Source: Azolla caroliniana
Lineage: Eukaryota > Plantae > Polypodiophyta
Direction: 5' to 3'
Length of the DNA stretch: 64,000 nt
Assembly: GCA_043228905.1 (NCBI GenBank)
Contig: JBHGNT010000006.1
Location: 22,692,001-22,756,000 of the forward strand
Below, piece after piece: positions 1 to 12,449 of the stretch. The position numbers and the translations under genes are program-made. Numbering within the stretch: the stretch's first letter is position 1; every line of letters begins with the position of its first letter. The notes beneath the pieces were generated by a model. The model ran no database searches. It saw only the letters and a list, made by a program, of their open reading frames with translations, and had not been told where the DNA came from.

Positions 1-1699
1 GGAGGAACACAAGGTATGGCTAAACAATTTCTATAGATTATATTAGTGAGGAAAAGCATTAGTACGGTCAATTTGAGTACAATAACAAATCACTCTAGTC
101 ATTATTTTACTATTTACATGGATGAAGGCTTTCTTTCAATTGTATACCTAAGTAACTAATTCAAACCTACACTATTTTGCATATTGCAAAACATATTAGC
201 ATAGTTTTCGCACAGAAAAAATAATGTTACAAAATTTAAATATAACAAAGAAAAGTCATATTTTATTATGAAGGAAATGAACTTAATTGGACGAAGTACC
301 AACATTCAACCTTCAATCACATAATGGGCGTTGGTTCACTCGCTTGATTGAGATAATACCATTGTGGTACTACAACTAAACCTAACAATCGTTGAACAAG
401 TAAGTTACTATAGTCGTATTACCGGGATACAAGTAAATTATCACTGTCGTATAATCGGGATAACTTTGTTGTAAAAGAGTTTGGTGGGATAGGTAGGGTT
501 GGGGATTATTGCAGGAGTTGTGGGGGGAAGAGCAACGTGAGTTTTGCTGGTTTTGGAGTTGTTCCTCCGTGTTGTAGATTCTAATTCCACTAGGGTTGTC
601 TTTGTGAATCTTAGTTGTGAACTTTGCTATGTTTTAGTTGCTAACTAATGTGAAGTAGTTTTTTTGGGGGAAAAGAAAAAAAACAATCTCCGAACATTGT
701 TGGAAGGTGATGTTGTTTGGAAGAGTTGAAAGAAAATTCTTCAAAACAAATGTTCTCAACTATTCGATTGTGATCTACAAAGTACCCTTGTGATGCAAAC
801 TAACTATTGGCAATGGTTCGGTTTGAATTGATCCAACCCACATCTATCTATCTATATATACAATTTTTTTTTTCCCAAGCCTTATTCTCACACTCACCTA
901 ATTTTAAAACCGAAACTGAACCATGAAACTACAGTTTTAGCAGTTTGAAATTTTTTTAATGGTTTGGTTTAACGGTTTCGTTGTTTGGTTTGGTTCAAGT
1001 TTCAAAAATTTTAAACGGTTGTTGATTGTTAATTTAAACTTTATAACACAAAAATTGCAATTTTATTTGCATTTTTTTTCCTAAACAAAAAACTCCTTAC
1101 ATTAGTTATAAAAGTTTACAGACGTGAATGTTATAGACATACCACAAAAGGGGCGTGATAGTTCCATCTTATGTGGAGGCCCATTTATTAAAGAAAGGGA
1201 GAGGATGACCATTGCGGGATGACAAGTAAGCAATGTCTTTCGGCTCCTTTGGATCCGCCTATGATGTCATCGTATTGGTGCTTTAGTGTGGCTACAACTT
1301 CACTCCATATCTCTTGCAATAGCGGGCATATTCTAAATCATTTCCAAGGATTGTGTAATGGCCTAGCATATGCCCACGTTACTACAATCTTGAGGTAATA
1401 TGTGGTTTGCTATGACCTGCGATTACTTCTAATGTCTTTTGGATTTTTTGACGTACAAGAGATGAGCTTTTGGTCAAGTCACTTGGAAGATAAGCATGTT
1501 CAAAAGATCTTTTTTCTCAGTATTTTGTGATAACCATCAATGAAGAGTTCATACATTTGTCAAAGAAGTGGGCGATGAGGGGCGCAACCCCTCAATGGGG
1601 ATGGGAAGAAGGAGAGACTAAGAGGGAGAGAGAGAATAACAAATTGGAACTTCTTGACCAATGATTGATTTTTTTATGATACAATATCAAGCCCAAATC

Positions 1700-3950
1700 C
1701 CATGAGTTCATTTTACGGAGCCCTCCACGCATAAACACATTTGCACATACACCCCTCAAACGACAACGCCTTGTTGCGCTTGTGGGATACCTTCAATGTG
1801 GTGAATGAAACCACAGAATCTAGGTTATATAATTTGAATACAACTCATTTTGGCAATTTTGTGATAGAGTCTTGCATGTTTTATGCCATTGCATTAGAGC
1901 TTACCACATTTTCTTCACAATGTTTACTTATTAAGCTTACTTGCTCACATCTTGCCACTTTCTACAACTTCACACGTAGTCCTTGATCAAGGGATGAAGT
2001 CGCATTGAGTCCAATTGTGCTCCTCATTGCGATGACACTCCACCTCATTGTTTACCTCTTTATTGATACTCACTTTGAACACATTAGGTACATCTAGTTT
2101 TTTTCCATCCAAGAAATCCCATCTATCTAGTACGTGTATATACTTTGTACTAATCAAGTTGAACTTGTTGAAATTTGCCCACGTGATGGCCATCCAAGTT
2201 TGATGAAGAAGATACCAATATGTGATATTTAGTCATAATAAAGCACATAGAAATAAAGCCTTAAAACATAGATTGACGTGGAAAAGCAAAAAGGTTGGTT
2301 AACGATACAATGATAGATTGAACCACAACCTTTTCATGGACGTGGCAACTTTGTTAGCCTTACAAGTTTGATGGAATAACATATTAAAAAATTTGATCTT
2401 GATAGTATATCTGAATATGTAAAACTTTGATGAATCTAGTTATAATTTGAATTGGTGAGTTGGAAGGATCGTGGGTTCCAAAAAGGACATTCTTATCACC
2501 AATTATCTTCTATACAATTGAATCAAGAAGTTTGCTAAGCAATTAAATAAGTTTTTGACAACAATAATATTTTCATTGCAATGTGTAGAATGACCATTAA
2601 ATTTTGAGAAACTGTGTTACCTTTGTGATTATTCTATACTCATGACCTTTCTAGGCTTTTAATTGTTTCACGCACAACTTTGATCAAATCGTTATAAGGG
2701 TTCCATAGTTCAATAAGTGCAACCACAATATACATTATGCACGCAACAAGATTTTTTTGAGACTACAATACCGAGGATGTGTAGAGATGTTCTAGAGATG
2801 TAATAACTGATGAGTTCTCGTAATAGTAAGACATGAGATCTCACATATACTAGTTAGCAACCTACCGCTAAAATGCCATCATTTAGAATGTCAAGAGCAT
2901 GTTTCCCCCCACCATCGTTCCTTGTTACCACTTTAAACACTCCTTGGTGATAAGTATTGATGCTAGGTTGTGATTGGTTCACAAGTGATATTTGGAAGGG
3001 AGTTGATCCCCTTGAGAGCAATGAGGTGTGTGAGATTCTTTACAAAAAGAAAAAATTGTGCTTTTGTCTAACTTATTGAGACTAGTTATGCATGCCATTA
3101 GTTACAAGATAAATGCTAAAAGGTCCTAAACCTTATTAATACCTGAATGCCCTAAGTTTTTGTTATTTCCCCAAATGGCTTTTGTAAGCCACCAAGACAA
3201 AGCCATAATATGTACCAATTTAGCTATTATCTTGTTAATTTGCATCTTGGTTTGCTCTTTCAAGTATTGACAAAATACATTTGTGGAAATAAACAAACTT
3301 TAGGGGCACCTGAAGAGTTTCCTCCATCGTTCTATGTTATCATAATTAAAAGCCTTAAATATGTGTTTTGGAATAATTATCTTTCCATGATAATCGAGCC
3401 TACAAGTAAATATGCATTTCTAATTAACCTTTAATCTTGTATTTTTTTCCATAAGTTGGGTTTGACTTGCCATTTACAATAGTACAGTAACTACTTTTTC
3501 AATTTTATAGAATTGCATGTGTGCTTTTGTAAATTTTCCTATATATTTCTTTATAAATCCCACTACTTCTTTTGTAGGGTCATCTTATCTTGTGATGAAT
3601 CAATGAACCCACATCCAAATTGATTAGGACTACAAATGATGACTTTAAAGTAAACGTATCTATCTTGATTGATAAATTGCAATGACAACGAGTATGACAC
3701 TTTATTCAATCTATGCATGAATTGATGGTCTGAATGAGGAAGCAAACAAAGGATTTCCTTGGATCTCTTATGATTCCCTTAAGCTATTACAATACTTGAT
3801 TTCATGAAGTGGAAATGATGATGTAACTACTTGGTTGTATGGGATGTTTCTTGTTGCCTTATACAATGTGACAAAACAATGCGGTATTTGTCTACTAAAT
3901 ATGGTCAAGGATTAACCAATGTGTTTCTTGTTTAAGGTATTCATTTACGA
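1700..3950 (-). pseudogene. Highly decayed DNA-transposon (MULE-like?) coding relic
   Basis: Short stop-riddled minus-strand peptides (e.g. WANFNKF...HVLDRWDFLD, QFGCGFIDSSQD) with coding-like composition; no intact motif recovered, family assignment tentative. Confidence 0.2.
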
Positions 3951-4796
3951 ACGATTCTATCCTTCCCTAAAGTATTGCATGTTATTCTTGAATTCCCTTT
4001 AATGTGATACTCTTGTGACCGTTATGCTAGTTTAAAATTAAACCTATATGGTTCGTAATTAAGGCATTATTTAGATGTGATATGATTATATCCCTAAACT
4101 AAAACAAAGCATTTATTATACTAGTTGTTTTCACTAATAAAATTATGGTGTGTTTCTTATGCTAGAGGACTAACCAATGTATTGCAAGTTTAACTCCTTA
4201 AAATTGATTTATTTGTTCATTTATGTTACTGGGTCGCCTTTTTTGCCTAAATCAAAGCATTTTGCTTATGTATGATATTATCCTTTAGCTCTCTCAATTG
4301 GAGAAGCTACTCATGAGCTAGAACAACGGGTGTTATGTAGGCAAACCTCGTCATTAACTCATGTTCCACGCCATGACATCCACTTATGTGGAGAAAGAAC
4401 AACATTTGATCCTTAGCCCCATCAAAATGAATTCCTTGAGGAGCACTTTCATGTTTTCAACAAAAAGCTATAAGCAAAACACATGACATGCATGTTAGCG
4501 ATAATAGTTTATTCGCCCCCCACAAGTTCGCTACATTTTTTTTTTCTGGCCTTGAACGTGTCCATTTACATCGATAATCACGTTTTGAGCTCTGGCAATG
4601 TATGTATTATAGAGGTGCAACATACATTAGTCAGTTATGGTAAAGTGGGTTCATTTTTCGGGAGGCCGAAGAAGTTGGTGAAGAAGGATTCACACTGAGA
4701 TAGCTCTCGATGGTTCCATAGTGGAGATGGAAGTAAAGAGGAGCCAAGTAATGTTCTTAAAAAGAAGAATTAAGTGTGCAAGCACAAAGCCCAAAA

Positions 4797-4952
4797 GGTC
4801 AAAGTGGACAAAGTGTGTGCCTTGTGTGTATGTGCGAAACGACGTTGACTAAAAGAAACCACAGGATTAACCTGCTGCAGCCGGTAGATGAACCAGTCAA
4901 AACTTCTAACACGTGATCTTGACCGGTGGGGCCGGTAATTCGCCGCGCCGAC
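4797..4952. promoter_or_regulatory. Cis-element cluster upstream of WRKY: four W-boxes, G-box, DRE/CRT core
   Basis: GGTCAA 4797, TTGACT 4845, AGTCAA 4895, TTGACC 4919, CACGTG 4910, GCCGAC 4947, all within ~155 bp. Confidence 0.5.
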
Positions 4953-5273
4953 ATAGCCTTATGTGTCTATATGTATATAATTTTTTACTATTTACTATTT
5001 CCTTTTTTTTCTTTTAAACAATAAAAAGGAAGACTATGTTTTTTTTTCTTTTTTTTTTAACTTAAATTCGTTTTTTTTTGGGGCTATCATATTTTCTCGA
5101 GATATAATATGAAACCAATTTAAAAAAATGAAAAATAGAAAATAAAAAAATAAAGAATAAAGAATAAAGGAGAGAAATAAAAAAGGCTTTGAATTTGAGT
5201 TGAATGGTCGACGCGAGGCGTTCACACGAGCACCGTCTCCCAAACGCGTCTTCTTATTATTACTTATTATTTT

Positions 5274-5306
<33 letters not shown>

Positions 5307-5557
5307 TAATTTATTCCTTCCTTTTATGTATATGGTCCGAATTTACTTTTTTTTTCTTTGTTTTTTAAAAGCTCAATAATTACTCACATTTTAACTCTAT
5401 TACCATTATTTATTTAATTACTTATTCTATTTATTTTGTATGTGTGTGTGTCGTCTGTCATAAGGCAGTTCACACAGGCGCACTGCGTTTGCGTTTCGGT
5501 TTTTGCTTTTTTTTTTTCTTAACCTTAAACGTTTTCACACGGCTGCTGGCCACGCCG

Positions 5558-5578
5558 GCCACGTAGGACATGCCACGT
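5558..5578. promoter_or_regulatory. Paired ABRE-like motifs
   Basis: GCCACGT (=ACGTGGC on minus) at 5558 and 5572 in a short GC-rich island. Confidence 0.35.
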
Positions 5579-5659
5579 CACGATTCTTTCTTGGGCCTAA
5601 AAATGCAAAAAAAAAAAACAAGAATAAAAAAATGAACCAGGAAATGGAAAAAAGGCGAC

Positions 5660-5870
5660 AATTACAATAAAAATAAAAATAAAAATGAGATTAACAATAA
5701 AAATGAGATTAACAATAAAAATGAGATTAACAATAAAAATAAAAATGAGATTAATAATAAAAATAAAAATAAAAATGAGATTAATAATAAAAATAAAAAT
5801 GAGAATAAAAATAAAAATAAAAATGAGATTAATAATAAAAATAAAAATAAAAATAAAAATGAGAATGATA
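5660..5870. repeat. AT-rich minisatellite (AAAAATGAGATTAACAAT / AAAAAT units)
   Basis: Directly visible 18-bp units interleaved with 6-bp AAAAAT units. Confidence 0.9.
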
Positions 5871-7101
5871 ACAGATAGTAAAGGGAGGTAATTAATGTGT
5901 GTATGTTAATAATTAATAAATTTTTGGGGGGGTGGGCTAAGGTTAGAACTTTAGGATATATTTTTACTTACGCGCATAAATATGAATGTGATGATCCATT
6001 GATTATATCAGTCATTCTGTCATGCCCCCATCATCATCATCATTATCATTATCATTATCATTATCATCATCGCCTTCCTTGTTACTAATAACTATTGTTA
6101 GTAATAATAAAAGTAATATAGTAGCAGTAAGATTTGGCGTCACCCCCATCATCATCATCTTCATCTTCATCATTACCAATTGATTGATTTTCCTTCTTTT
6201 TTCATAACAATTGGATTTTTTAACTCATTTTACTCGGATTGTTTTTTTTTTTTTTTTTTTTTTGTTTCTCTTATTTCAATTAGTTTTTATTTATTTTATA
6301 AATCCAATCGTCTTCCATTCCTTCTTTCGCACGACGTTATCTTCCTCTTCAATTGTTAAATTATTATTATTTCGATTATAATTGAAGGAAGCGGCAAAAA
6401 ACAATTGCTTGGTCAAATTACCCCCCCCCCCCCTCCCTACCCCCCAACCAATTTACATCGAAATTTCAATTAAATATTTCCAATTCCATTTCATTTGACA
6501 ATTGAACTTTCAATTCAATTGAATCCCGTCCATTCATCCAAGTTTCACAATTCTCTGTCTCTGTCTCTGTCTCTCTCTCCCACTCAAGACTCTTAAGAGT
6601 TAAAAGAAATTTTCTGTCTCTGATCCTTCTTCATCCCTAATGTTATACACCACTGTCTACAATCGATTTTAATTGATCCTTTCTTCTTCTTCTTCTTCTT
6701 CTTCTTCATCATCACACTAATTTCTGCTTTACTATTATTATCCCACCTCTCCCCCCCCCCTGCCCCCCATATATTAATAATAATGCATGTAAAATTAACA
6801 CATTTCTACAATTAAATTTACAAATACTACAAACATACCTTTACAATAATCTTTAGATATATATACATATATATATATATCTCTGTATCTATTGGAACTA
6901 TAATTAATCCATAGATTCATACATATATATATATATATATCTGCACACACAGGCAGTCCGTGTTATTTAAGATTTGGAGGCTAAATTGTTAGCCCCATTG
7001 ACTGAGTGATTGATTAATCGATTCATCAAATCCAGAGTTGATCCCTTAAGAGTTTTGATCAAGCCAGGATTGTTGAAGGGGTTTACTATAATTTTTTGGC
7101 T

Positions 7102-8363
7102 ATGGCGAGTGGTGGTGGCGGCGGCGGCAACAGAACAGGGCAAATCAATTCACAGAAAGATTTAGCAGAAGAAGAAGAAGAAGAAGAAGAGGAGGAAGAA
7201 GAAGAAGAAGAAGAGGAGGAGGAGGAGGAGGAAGAAGAAGGGAAAATAATTTGGACTACTACTACTACTGCAGGCGCATCATCTTTTAATCATCCAATCC
7301 CAAACCCTAATTTCAATGCAAACCCTAGTTTCAGCACAAACCCTAACTTTACTCCAAGGCCTACTACTTTTAATCCCCACCCGGACTCTAATCCAGTGGC
7401 TAATCCGAACCCCAACCCTAATTTCAATCCAAACCCTACTAGTTCTAACCCTAACCCTAACCCTAACCCTAACCCTAACCCTAACCCTTACGATATGATG
7501 GCTATAAACCAACAATCTCCATGGCCCAGCAGCTCATTATACAATTATAGCAGCAATAGCAACATGAATAATCCGCTGTCATGGCCCACTAGTGCTTTTC
7601 TGTCGAATCAAGACCTTAATCCCATCAGTTTTACTCAATCCTTACAAGAGGGCCTGGCCAACATAGAATCAGCTAACCATCCACAGCATCTAACTGATAA
7701 TTACACTAATTACAGCCTAATGATGGGCAACATGATGATGAATCCTGACCTGATTAGCATGCCATCATCATCGTCCTCATCGCATCATAATTTTATAAAG
7801 CAGGAGACTGACGATCAGGATGTAATGAGGCGCCCTAATTATCCCAACCCTAACTTTAGTAATCCTCCCAACCCTAGTAATTACAGTGATCTTATGATCA
7901 CGAATCCATCCACGACGGCTAGGTTTGAGGATGATCCTTACAATATTTATGGAGGAAATAGGTATTTTGAGCCCCTAATTAGGGGTGGGGAGGCCATCTC
8001 TCAATCCATGTCTTCTTCATCAGCCAGTGATCAATTGCTGTATGGAGGCCAAGAATTCAACTCTGTGGAATTAGCAGGCGACTCCATAGATCAGATTCAA
8101 TCAAGGGCCACAAATGCAGTGATGATGATGGGGCCTACTAATAGCAGCACTGTATCAGAGAAAGCAACTGTTGCCATGGCAGCAGCAGGAAGAGGAAGAG
8201 GAGGAGGAGGAGGAGGAGGAGGAGGAGGAGGAGAATCATCAGCTATGAATCAATTGGGTGCACTTGCAGGAGATTCTTCTGAACCATTGGGCGAGATTGA
8301 TCCCTCAGATTCATTGATTCTGTCAGATCAGAAAGATGCTTCACCGGATTCAGCCAAAAAAAA
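7102..8363 (+). CDS. WRKY: WRKY transcription factor exon 1 (low-complexity N-terminus: poly-G, poly-E, (NP)n, poly-S)
   Basis: ATG 7102, 1.26-kb open frame ending at AA|GTAAGA donor (GT 8364-8365); phase 2 matches the exon 2 acceptor. Confidence 0.75.
7445..7486. repeat. (CTAACC)7 = (TTAGGG)n-type repeat encoding Asn-Pro run
   Basis: Seven perfect hexamers inside exon 1. Confidence 0.95.
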
Positions 8364-10323
8364 GTAAGATTTTTAAATTTCTTTTTTGTTTCCCCCATCT
8401 GAATCATTTGATCTTTTCTCAGTCATTTAGAATCTAATCTACGTTTTAGTTCTGAGAAATCTACATATTTTTTACTAAATCATAACATCAATTGGATTGG
8501 GTCATCCATATCTGCTTGATATTTTGGCCATTTCACATCAGCAAATTAATTTAGACCTTATTATCATTGTTAATAATCCACGGACTACTAATTGGAGGGA
8601 GAAATCTAATAGCTTTAGATCTTATAAATTCTCTGCCATACCGAATCTGATACAAATTAAGGAAATCTAGGTCAATATTTGTTGCCATTTCTCATCAATG
8701 CGGCCATTAATGGAGCGCAAACAAATTAAGATCTTATTATTGTTGGGACCATGATGATTAATGAGCCGCAAATGGGTAAAAAAACACAATCCGCTCAATG
8801 CTTTTTTATGCCAATTCCCACAAAACATATGATATATGAGAAATTGGAGGGGCTTTTATTTATTTATTATCTAATTCCCACAAAACATATGACATGAGAA
8901 ATTGCAGGTTTCATTTTGGATTTGTTGGTGGGTGTGTGTGGGAAATTGTGATTTAATAGGAGGGTTTGCTTTCCTGTGCTTTTTTGGTTCAAAATGGGAG
9001 GAAATATGAGGATTTTTTTTCCTTACTTCTTTGGGTTGTGTAAAAACCCTAAAGTTCCCTAAAGTCCCCTAAAGTCCCACCCAATGGGTCAAGAAGAACT
9101 ATATAGGAGAAGTTCTTTTAAAGTAACTTAATAGAAATCTATGTTGTCCATGGACATATGGAAACAAAAAACACCTCCTCTTTGTCCCATCTTTTGCCCC
9201 ATCACCACATGAAGAAGGCCTTCCTTCACATTGTCTCCCATGACACATTATTAGCTGTTTTTGGTGGGAGACATAGATAAATATAGATAGAGATTTATAG
9301 ATAGATATAGACAAGATAGATAGAGAATGAGAGAGAGATAGAGGAACAAAGAAAATGCCCACCCCCTAACTCTTGATCCATCAACACTACACTCTCTCTT
9401 CTGTCCTCCCGACCATTTTCCTAGGACATTTGCTTGTGCTGGGGACAAAATTAACAAAAGGAAGTCAAAGAAACCGCCGACCTCCCGATTCCCAATACAC
9501 ACACACACACACACCCGATTGATGAGAAACTCCCGAGTCATTCTTCCTTTTCTTTTTTCCCTTCCTTTTTTATGTTTTCCCACGGCATTGTCGTAGCAAA
9601 AGAGCCCACTTTCCTTCACGTTTTCCGGATATTCAATGTCAATTTCCCTCTGTCTTTGTCTTTGTCTCTATTTCTTTCTCACTAGTAGTAAAAACAAGTC
9701 TTTGGACCACCCAAGGGCCTATGCTAGTTTCATGGTTAAAAGCAATGTCTCCACAAGTTGGTTGCTTTGCCGATCCTCGCGCCGATGTTATTATTCATTT
9801 CGTCAAATTTATCATCCTTGTCGCTCACTCTCACACGTAAGTTCCAGATATTTTTTCCCCATCACATTGTTGGGAAAAGCCCACTTTCCCTCTCGTTGTC
9901 TCCCGATGCTATCTCCTCATGTCTTAAATATACTAATGGCACAACATGCTTTAGATATTCGTCCCCCCCTAAGTTTACGGGGATTAGGCCCAATTCCCTC
10001 GTGTTTCCCGTCATTAAAAAAACAAAATCTCCCTTGTTTCTGTGCCATCCTTTGTCGTTTACTTGTTATGTTATCAGAAAATATTATAGTCCTCGTTTTC
10101 TGACGTTTGTCCCCATGTAACATTTCCAAATAGAATTTCCTTCCTCATCTCTCCAACTCACAAAATGTTAAACACATTTGCCCATATGGGAAAGAGCCAA
10201 CTTTCCTCTTGATATATTTACCTACACTATACAAAATGTAGTAGAGGCTTTGTATATCTAGCTAGCTACAGAGGTTCTAAGAGGGGCATGGTTCTCTTCG
10301 ATACTCTCCTACATGTCTCAACT

Positions 10324-10724
10324 AGAAGATTTGTGCATTTTTTATGTAGGAATTATCCAATTAATTTGCAATCACATATATTTCCCTCCAAATGATCAAC
10401 AAATTTAGAAGATTTGTGCATTTTCCATGTAGGAATGATCCAACTAATTTGCAATCACATATATTTCCCTCCAAATGGTCAACAAATTTAGAAGATTTGT
10501 GCATTTTCCATGTAGGAATGATCCAACTAATTTGCAATCACATATATTTCCCTCCAAATGATCAACAAATTTAGAAGATTTGTGCATTTTCCATGTAGGA
10601 ATGATCCAACTAATTTGCAATCACATATATTTCCCTCCAAATGATCAACAAATTTAGAAGATTTGTGCATTTTTCATGTAGGAATGATCCAACTAATTTG
10701 CAATCACATATATTTCCCTCCAAA
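10324..10724. repeat. 83-bp tandem repeat, ~4.8 copies, in WRKY intron 1
   Basis: Units start at 10324, 10407, 10490, 10573, 10656 and are near-identical. Confidence 0.95.
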
Positions 10725-12296
10725 CTATCAGAATTAAGTAGGTTCTATGTCCCTACAATGTTCGTAGTATACATTTTTATTTACCAAAATGTCGACACCT
10801 ACGAGCATGTGCTGTTTCCTTACAATCTTCATAGTACACACTTTTATTTCCTACAATGTTGACACTAGGGGTTCGTGTTATTTCCTTAGAGTATGGTCAC
10901 TATAAGCTCAAACTATGTCCCTACCATGTTCAAAGTTATAATGAGATTCTACTAGAGATGCTCGACAAGCTAGCTACATATCTATCTAGCGATGTGGTCT
11001 AGTTGTTTGACTACATTGAGATGGGAGAAGTTTTAAACATTTTCCGAATCAACGAATGGAATTGACGACTAGTAACTATAAGTTTGCTTGGTTGGATATC
11101 TTTCCTCTTCCTTGGCCTAAAGAAACTCATGACAACATTAGGTGCGAATACTCTACAAAGGTTAAGAACTTTCTATTCTACTCCTTTAGCCGCACCGCAA
11201 CCGGTCTCTTTAAAAGCGAATCCCCGCAAATATCGCCTCAACCGTAGTGTGGAAATGTCTCCGAAGAGTAGGCAGGGGTCCGTAAGTTGGGCATTTGGTC
11301 CATGTTAGTCAGTCACGTGGGGTCTACTCGACGAGCAATGGATCTATCATGCGAAAGAGATTAACCTCTCATGTCCATGGATTTCTATCGGAAATGGAGA
11401 CGGCCAATAAACACAAACCATGGGACGAAGATACAAGTCAATCCGCGAATCGCACGCCTAAGCTTAGATATGGAAAATGGAAAGAAAATTAGGCCATGGG
11501 TTTGTCATTAAGTATTAATCATTAGAAAAATGGGTTACATTAGCACATGCATGAATGAGACAGCTTGGTAAAAGAGAAGAGAAGAAAAGAGGAGACCAAT
11601 TTAAGTGCATTAACTAAAGGCATTTAAATGCAAACTCATCCATTTATGAGTTGGAAAACTTGGGGTAAAAAACGAAAAAAAAAATATTAATTACAAAAAC
11701 AAAAAGGAAACTAACTTCTAATTGAATTTTTAAAAAGAGAGAGAGGAGAGGTTTAATGATCAATTTATGATTGCGAACTGCACAATTAAATTGCTGGCAC
11801 TCAATAATATTATTTGATCGATCCAATTAATTACTGAACTGCAAACATTTTAAGGTTCTATTATACATTTAAAAAAACAAGGAAACTGGATTTCACTCAT
11901 TATTAATCTTGCATTGAAAAACATTAGTTATAAATTACTTTGATTTGTTTTAACTAACATTAGAATCAATTTGAAGAGAAAAAAGAAGCGAATCAGTTAA
12001 TAAGTTAGTTGAGGTCAATTAATTAAGGTTTAAAACATAAATGAAATGGAATTAAATTCTCAAATGAGCTATTTACTAATAATGAAGGGATGAAGTTTCA
12101 AAGAGCAAATGGAGGAACTAATTATGTGTTTTTTTTGGGAAGTAATAGAGTGTTAAAAAGAGTTAAGTAAATTTAAATGTTTTTTTAATTTAATTTTATA
12201 ACTTATTGTGTTATTCACATATCTAAGCAAAACATTTAACAAGAAGTCAAGACATTCATTCATTGATTCATATGTGTCTCATGTTTTCTCGACAAG

Positions 12297-12449
12297 ATCG
12301 ATAGCGGCCAAGCCGAGGAAGAAAGGGCAAAAGCGCAACCGAGAGCCGAGAGTCGCCCTTGTCACGAAAAGCGAGGTCGAGCATCTAGAAGATGGATTCC
12401 GATGGCGGAAATACGGACAGAAGGCAGTAAAAAATAGCCCTTATCCCAG
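12297..12449 (+). CDS. WRKY: WRKY exon 2 (N-half of WRKY domain)
   Basis: [47 protein letters not shown]; acceptor AG 12295-12296; conserved R-type intron after PR (AG|GT 12449/12450). Confidence 0.92.

Noticed and set aside
810-1025. AAACCG/CGGTTT-rich hAT-MITE-like patch
   Set aside because: No TIR or TSD could be delimited by eye
5685-5891. ORF MRLTIKMRLTIK...
   Set aside because: Translation of the AT-rich minisatellite; no coding evidence
7445-7486. True telomere or chromosome-fusion scar
   Set aside because: Only 7 units, in frame within an Asn-Pro-rich exon
10324-10724. CRISPR-like appearance of regular repeats (also 42870-43318 and 49295-49594)
   Set aside because: Head-to-tail units with no unique spacers, eukaryotic context, no cas genes
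9251-11492. Short ORFs in WRKY intron 1 as extra exons or nested genes
   Set aside because: No recognisable domains; exon 1 and exon 2 already join in phase
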